The notes under the pieces: generated by a model
Database searches by the model: none
What the model was told of the DNA's origin: nothing
The model's input: only the letters and a program-made list of their open reading frames with translations
Shown here: one piece after another, positions 59,136-64,000 of the stretch
Layout: every line of letters starts with the position of its first letter
Position numbering within the stretch: the first letter of the stretch is position 1
Position numbers and translations under genes: made by a program
Assembly: GCA_963706595.1 (NCBI GenBank)
Contig: OY970166.1
Span: 3,968,001-4,032,000 of the forward strand
Direction: 5' to 3'
Source of the DNA: an uncultured cyanobacterium
GTDB lineage: Bacteria > Cyanobacteriota > Cyanobacteriia > Cyanobacteriales > Nostocaceae
Length of the DNA stretch: 64,000 nucleotides

Positions 59136-59555
59136 TTAAGGCAAAAACCGATCTAAAGCAGCTTTTAACTGTTGAATTTCTACTTCCATGTTGCCTTCTT
59201 GAGCTGCTCTAGCAATACACTCAGTTAAATGTTGATCTAAAACAATTCTGGCGACTTTATCCAAAGCGCCCCGCACAGCCGCAATTTGTAATAAAACATC
59301 AGGACAAGGACTATCGTGCTGCACCATTGTTTTTATACCGCGCACATGGCCTTCTATCCGAGATAGCCGATTGACGATTTTTCGTAGTGACTCTTGACTA
59401 TGAACGTGAGGATGCGCCGACGTTCCATGCTCATGAGTATGATTTGTCGGCTCTTCTGTATCATGATTGTGGACTTTTTCTACTTGCTGGGATGCCGGCA
59501 AAGATTCTTTAGCTAATCGGTTTGATCCGTTCATGGGTTCATGTTGCCAAAGCAC
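59136..59555 (-). CDS. inrS: CsoR/RcnR family metal-sensing repressor (InrS-like)
   Basis: His-rich N-terminus, HPHVHSQESL, RL.RIEGH..G, C.DVL.QI.AVRGAL, H..EC. Confidence 0.85.
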   Translation of the reverse strand: MLWQHEPMNGSNRLAKESLPASQQVEKVHNHDTEEPTNHTHEHGTSAHPHVHSQESLRKIVNRLSRIEGHVRGIKTMVQHDSPCPDVLLQIAAVRGALDKVARIVLDQHLTECIARAAQEGNMEVEIQQLKAALDRFLP

Positions 59556-59810
59556 TGGTAGTATTAAGATCCTAGCCTAGAAGATAATTGGTATTGAAAA
59601 AAGTATTTCTGCCATTGAGCGATCGCCTGATTTCAATGACTCAATGGTGAAACCCGAACCTGGAACGGGCAATGTCCTTAATAGCTATTTTGTTAAATAT
59701 TATATTAATTTTTATGACAGGTAGTTTACGACGAATCATCTGCCATTCTGTAAAAATAAATGTAAATGCATTTTTAGGCAAAAGTTAGGCTGCCATATTA
59801 GGTTGTAATT

Positions 59811-61130
59811 ATGCGATTTTCCCAAATATCAAGTTCTATACGTCAATTCAGTTCTTATTTGTTAGCCCTAATTATCGGCGTGACGCTAACCGTCAGCACT
59901 TGGCAGGTATTACCCTCTCAAGCAGAACCGGCTCCTTATACAGACGCGATGAATATAGACGCGATGAATATAGACGCGATGAATATAGACGCGATGAATA
60001 TAGACGCGATGAATATAGACGCGATGAATATAGACGCGATGAATCGCGTCTCTACAAGTGATGGTTCGGATATGGTCGCCCGGCAATCACCAGCAAATGC
60101 GGCTATAGGTAGCACTAGCTTTGTCACGGCGGCGGTGAATCGTGTGGGAACAGCAGTGGTACGGATTGACACGGAACGCACGATTACGCGTCGGATGGAG
60201 CCTTTTATGGAAGACCCGTTTTTTCGGCGATTTTTTGGTGATGGTTTCCCTCAACAGATGCCTTCTGAACAATTGCGCGGTCTAGGTTCGGGGTTTATTA
60301 TTGATAAAGGTGGTCTAGTTTTGACCAATGCCCATGTAGTCGATCAAGCTGATAAAGTCACAGTCCGCCTCAAAGATGGCCGCACCTATGAAGGTAAAGT
60401 TCAAGGTATTGATGAAGTCACAGATTTAGCAGTGGTGAAGATTAACCCTGATCAAGATTTACCTGTTGCGCCTTTGGGTTCTTCCGATGCAGTACAAGTG
60501 GGAGACTGGGCGATCGCGGTGGGTAATCCTTTAGGATTTGATAATACCGTGACTTTGGGAATTGTCAGCACTCTGAAACGTTCTAGCGCCCAAGTTGGCA
60601 TTGCTGACAAACGCTTAGACTTTATTCAAACCGATGCGGCGATTAATCCTGGTAACTCCGGGGGTCCATTATTGAATGAACGGGGCGAAGTCATTGGGAT
60701 TAATACGGCTATTCGTCCTGACGCGATGGGTATTGGCTTTGCGATTCCTATTGATAAGGCTAAAGCGATCGCCTTGAAATTGCAACGTGACGGTAAAGTT
60801 ATTCACCCCTATTTAGGTGTACAAATGGTAACTTTAACGCCAGAACTTGCAAAGCAGAATAATAGTGATCCCAACTCTCCTATTCAAATACCAGAAGTTA
60901 ATGGTGTTTTGGTGATGCGAGTTGTACCTGATTCGCCAGCTGCATCTGCTGGTGTACGACGTGGGGATGTAATTGTGCAAATTGATCGCGAACCTGTCAC
61001 CAGTGCCGATAAGTTACAAAATTTGGTGGAAAATAGTCGCCTGGGTCAGTTGTTGCAGGTGAAAGTTCAACGCGGTAATCAGATCCAACTGCTTTCCATC
61101 CGCACGGCTGAGTTACGAGATCCTGTTTAA
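59811..61130 (+). CDS. hhoA: HtrA/DegP family serine protease with PDZ domain
   Basis: TNAHVV, DLAV, IQTDAAINPGNSGGP, C-terminal PDZ; hhoA vs hhoB assignment less certain. Confidence 0.88.
   Translation: MRFSQISSSIRQFSSYLLALIIGVTLTVSTWQVLPSQAEPAPYTDAMNIDAMNIDAMNIDAMNIDAMNIDAMNIDAMNRVSTSDGSDMVARQSPANAAIGSTSFVTAAVNRVGTAVVRIDTERTITRRMEPFMEDPFFRRFFGDGFPQQMPSEQLRGLGSGFIIDKGGLVLTNAHVVDQADKVTVRLKDGRTYEGKVQGIDEVTDLAVVKINPDQDLPVAPLGSSDAVQVGDWAIAVGNPLGFDNTVTLGIVSTLKRSSAQVGIADKRLDFIQTDAAINPGNSGGPLLNERGEVIGINTAIRPDAMGIGFAIPIDKAKAIALKLQRDGKVIHPYLGVQMVTLTPELAKQNNSDPNSPIQIPEVNGVLVMRVVPDSPAASAGVRRGDVIVQIDREPVTSADKLQNLVENSRLGQLLQVKVQRGNQIQLLSIRTAELRDPV
59940..60056 (+). repeat. In-frame 15-bp tandem repeat derived from a REP-like palindrome
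   Basis: (AGACGCGATGAATAT)x6 + AGACGCGATGAATCGCGTCTCTAC; encodes (DAMNI)6DAMNRVST. Confidence 0.95.
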
Positions 61131-61133
61131 AAG

Positions 61134-61192
61134 TAGAGACGCGATAAATTGCAAATTAAACAAATTAAGACGCGATGAATCGCGTCTCTACA
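61134..61192. repeat. Inverted pair of GTAG-type REP-like elements
   Basis: GTAGAGACGCGAT ... AGACGCGATGAATCGCGTCTCTAC. Confidence 0.75.
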
Positions 61193-61215
61193 AAAGTCAC
61201 TATATTTATGTCTTT

Positions 61216-62394
61216 ATGCTTTACAGAAGATTTGGCCGCACAGAATTACAGATGCCTGTTTTTTCTTGTGGCGGTATGAGATATCAATTCAAATGGCAAG
61301 ATGTTCCTAATTCCGAAATCTCTACGGATAATCAGGCAAATTTAGAAGCGACTATTCGCCGCTCTCTGGAAGTAGGAATTAATCACATTGAAACTGCCCG
61401 TGGTTATGGTACATCGGAAATGCAATTAGGGCAAATATTGCCCAAGTTTCCCCGTGAAAAATTAATTGTGCAGACAAAAATTGGTCCGGTTGCAGATTCC
61501 CAGGAATTTCGCCAAACATTTGCACAATCACTACAAAATCTCCAGTTAGATTATGTTGATTTACTGGGAATACACGGCATTAATCATGCTGAATCATTCG
61601 ACTATAGTATGCGCCCTGGTGGCTGTTTAGAAGTGGCGCGGCAGTTGCAAAAGGAAGGCAAAGTCAGATTTATCGGCTTTTCGACTCATGGATCTAAAGA
61701 GGTAATTATTCAGGCAATTAATACTAATCAATTTGATTATGTTAACCTGCATTGGTACTATATTAATCAATGGAATTGGGAGGCAATTACAGCCGCTAAC
61801 GATCATGATATGGGTGTATTTATTATTAGTCCTTCAGATAAAGGAGGAATGTTATATAAACCACCGCAAAAGTTAGTTAATCTTTGCGCTCCTTTGAGTC
61901 CGATGGTGTTTAATGATTTGTTTTGTCTGAGTCGTGAAAATGTCCATACCTTAAGTGTGGGTGCAGCCAGACCTGAAGATTTTGATGAACATCTCAAAAC
62001 TTTAGATTATTTAGAGCAAGCGGAGGAAATTTTACCGCCAATCTTGAGTAAGTTAGAACAAGAAGCGATCGCTACTTTAGGAGAAGACTGGGTAAAAACT
62101 TGGGAAACTAATTTACCCACCTGGGAAAAAACACCGGGACAAGTGAATATTCCTGTAATTTTGTGGTTGTTAAATTTAGCGATCGCCTACGATTTAGTAG
62201 ACTACGCCAAAATGCGCTACAACTTATTGGGTCATGGTAGTCACTGGTTCCCAGGTAATAAAGCAGACCAACTAGATGAACTCAAACTGGGACAATCTCT
62301 CGCCAATAGTCCCCACGCCCAGAAAATTCCGCAAATGTTAGCAAAAGCCCATGAGATGTTAGCAGGGGCTGAAGTTAAGCGGTTATCTAAGTAA
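61216..62394 (+). CDS. Aldo/keto reductase family protein
   Basis: YRRFGRT, ETARGYG.SE, SL..LQLDYVDL..IHG, G.VRFIGFSTH. Confidence 0.9.
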   Translation: MLYRRFGRTELQMPVFSCGGMRYQFKWQDVPNSEISTDNQANLEATIRRSLEVGINHIETARGYGTSEMQLGQILPKFPREKLIVQTKIGPVADSQEFRQTFAQSLQNLQLDYVDLLGIHGINHAESFDYSMRPGGCLEVARQLQKEGKVRFIGFSTHGSKEVIIQAINTNQFDYVNLHWYYINQWNWEAITAANDHDMGVFIISPSDKGGMLYKPPQKLVNLCAPLSPMVFNDLFCLSRENVHTLSVGAARPEDFDEHLKTLDYLEQAEEILPPILSKLEQEAIATLGEDWVKTWETNLPTWEKTPGQVNIPVILWLLNLAIAYDLVDYAKMRYNLLGHGSHWFPGNKADQLDELKLGQSLANSPHAQKIPQMLAKAHEMLAGAEVKRLSK

Positions 62395-62413
62395 CATGAT
62401 CGTAATTAAGTTC

Positions 62414-62464
62414 GTAGTCAGGGCTTCAGCCCTGATTAGAGGACTAAAGTCCTCACTACAAACC
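62414..62464. repeat. Composite GTAG-type palindromic repeat
   Basis: GTAGTCAGGGCTTCAGCCCTGA ... AGGACTAAAGTCCTCACTAC. Confidence 0.6.
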
Positions 62465-62534
62465 TTTAGAAAAGTGAATATAAATTAAGTCTAATTTTTG
62501 TTATTTTTAACGACTTCCTCCTGTAGTAAAACTT

Positions 62535-64000
62535 ATGGCATTTTCTTCTATTGTGCGTGCCTTAGCGCGATCGCCTCTGACTACTGAATTACTTTCCAAG
62601 TTAAATCGCCAACGAGAATTGCAGTTAAATGGCATTTCTCGCTTACCGAAAGGTCTGGTGGCTTCGGCATTAGCACAAAATTCAGGTAAGAATTTATTGG
62701 TAGTAGTGCCAACCCTGGAGGAAGCCGGACGGGCTTTTGCACAGTTGGAAGCGATGGGATGGCACACAGTGCATTTTTACCCCACTTCTGAAGCCTCTCC
62801 CTACGAACCCTTTGACCCGGAAACGGAAATGACTTGGGGACAGATGCAGGTTCTCGCTGATTTGATTAATGGAGACTGGGAATCAAGCCAAAATTCCACA
62901 GCGAAGCGTTCTTTGGCAATTGTCGCCACGGCTGGGGCGTTACAACCCCATCTACCACCGCCAGATGCTTTTATACCTTTCTGTCTCACTGTCAAGCGGG
63001 GGATGGAATTTGATTTGGATACCTTTGGGGAAAAAATTACGACTTTGGGCTATGAACGAGTTCCATTGGTGGAAACAGAAGGTCAATGGAGTCGGCGCGG
63101 TGATATTGTCGATGTCTATCCGGTTTCGTCGGAAATGCCCGTGAGATTAGAATGGTTTGGCGACGAAATCGAGAAAATCCGCGAATTTGACGCTGCAACT
63201 CAACGTTCTGCCCTTGACAAAGTTGACCAAATTACCCTCACTCCTACTAGTTTTGCGCCTATTGTTTCGGAAGCACTCAAAGATAGTGCTGAGTTTACAG
63301 ACGCGATGAATCACGTCTCTACAGAAGAAGGAAGTCGCAGATTTTTGGGGTTGGCTTTTAAACAACCGGCTTCACTTTTAGATTACTTAAGTGAAAATAC
63401 TCTGGTGGCTGTGGATGAACCAGAACAGTGTCATGCACATAGCGATCGCTGGGTGGAAAATGCGGAGGAACAATGGGGAGTGGGGAGTAGGCTTGCCCTG
63501 AGCGCAGTCGAAGGGGAGTGGGGAGTAGGGAGTGGGGAAGATTCCTTACAATTGCCGAAAATTCACCGTTCCTTTGATGAATGTCTGAATGATGTAACTA
63601 AATTTCTTACTATATATTTGTCGGAACTATCAGAAGAAAACAGTGGGATAAATTTGGCGAGTCGTTCGTTACCTGTGACACCGCACCAATTTAATAAACT
63701 CGCGCAAACACTGAGAGGAGAGCGCGATCGCAATTTCTCAATTTGGCTCATTTCTGCCCAACCTTCCCGTTCTGTCTCTCTCCTCCAAGAACACGATTGT
63801 CCGGCGCAATTTATCCCCAATCCCCGCGACTACCAAGCAATTGACAAATTACAAATTAACCATACACCTGTAGCCCTGAAGTATTCCGGTTTAGCTGAAC
63901 TCGAAGGCTTTATTTTGCCGACATATCGGCTAGTAGTTGTCACAGACCGGGAATTTTACGGACAGCATTCCTTAGCTACACCGGGATATATCCGTAAACG
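62535..64000 (+). CDS. mfd: Transcription-repair coupling factor (5' part; runs off the window, so absent from the ORF track)
   Basis: ATG 62535 gives [20 protein letters not shown]...[14 protein letters not shown]...[23 protein letters not shown]. Confidence 0.93.
   Translation, partial: MAFSSIVRALARSPLTTELLSKLNRQRELQLNGISRLPKGLVASALAQNSGKNLLVVVPTLEEAGRAFAQLEAMGWHTVHFYPTSEASPYEPFDPETEMTWGQMQVLADLINGDWESSQNSTAKRSLAIVATAGALQPHLPPPDAFIPFCLTVKRGMEFDLDTFGEKITTLGYERVPLVETEGQWSRRGDIVDVYPVSSEMPVRLEWFGDEIEKIREFDAATQRSALDKVDQITLTPTSFAPIVSEALKDSAEFTDAMNHVSTEEGSRRFLGLAFKQPASLLDYLSENTLVAVDEPEQCHAHSDRWVENAEEQWGVGSRLALSAVEGEWGVGSGEDSLQLPKIHRSFDECLNDVTKFLTIYLSELSEENSGINLASRSLPVTPHQFNKLAQTLRGERDRNFSIWLISAQPSRSVSLLQEHDCPAQFIPNPRDYQAIDKLQINHTPVALKYSGLAELEGFILPTYRLVVVTDREFYGQHSLATPGYIRK

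Noticed and set aside
59936..60181. Antisense ORF with (FIASI)n repeat
   Set aside because: Reverse-strand reading of the tandem repeat in the HtrA gene; no independent evidence
62507..63820. Short ORFs listed at 62507-63820
   Set aside because: Antisense or out-of-frame shadows of mfd, which the track missed because its stop is outside the window

Overview
Chromosomal window from a heterocyst-forming cyanobacterium (Nostocales, possibly Nodularia-like). This is inferred from abundant HIP1 GCGATCGC octamers, heptameric STRR repeats and Anabaena-type gene order. Core content: ftsW, apcE-apcABC, the large atp operon, a complete nitrate-assimilation cluster (nirA-nrtABCD-nrtP-narB, psiE-like, narM) with clear NtcA and NtcB sites, ndhD, natB, tRNA-Ser(GCT), crtP-crtB, nagZ, inrS, hhoA and a 3'-truncated mfd. 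Notable items: (i) a four-gene module of a PrpJ-like PP2C phosphatase, a HetF-like CHAT protease fused to FHA, a small protein that appears PatU3-like, and an FHA-PrsW protease, which may be a phosphorylation-gated proteolysis/anti-sigma system; (ii) a TerY-P triad whose kinase carries a recently amplified WD40 propeller, followed by an Imm30-like gene; (iii) a cas-less CRISPR array (23 identical repeats, 22 spacers, own leader and promoter) inserted in the nitrate cluster; (iv) many very small mobile repeats, several inserted in frame in proteins and one amplified into a (DAMNI)n coding tandem repeat. All family assignments are from motif reading and recall; no searches were run.
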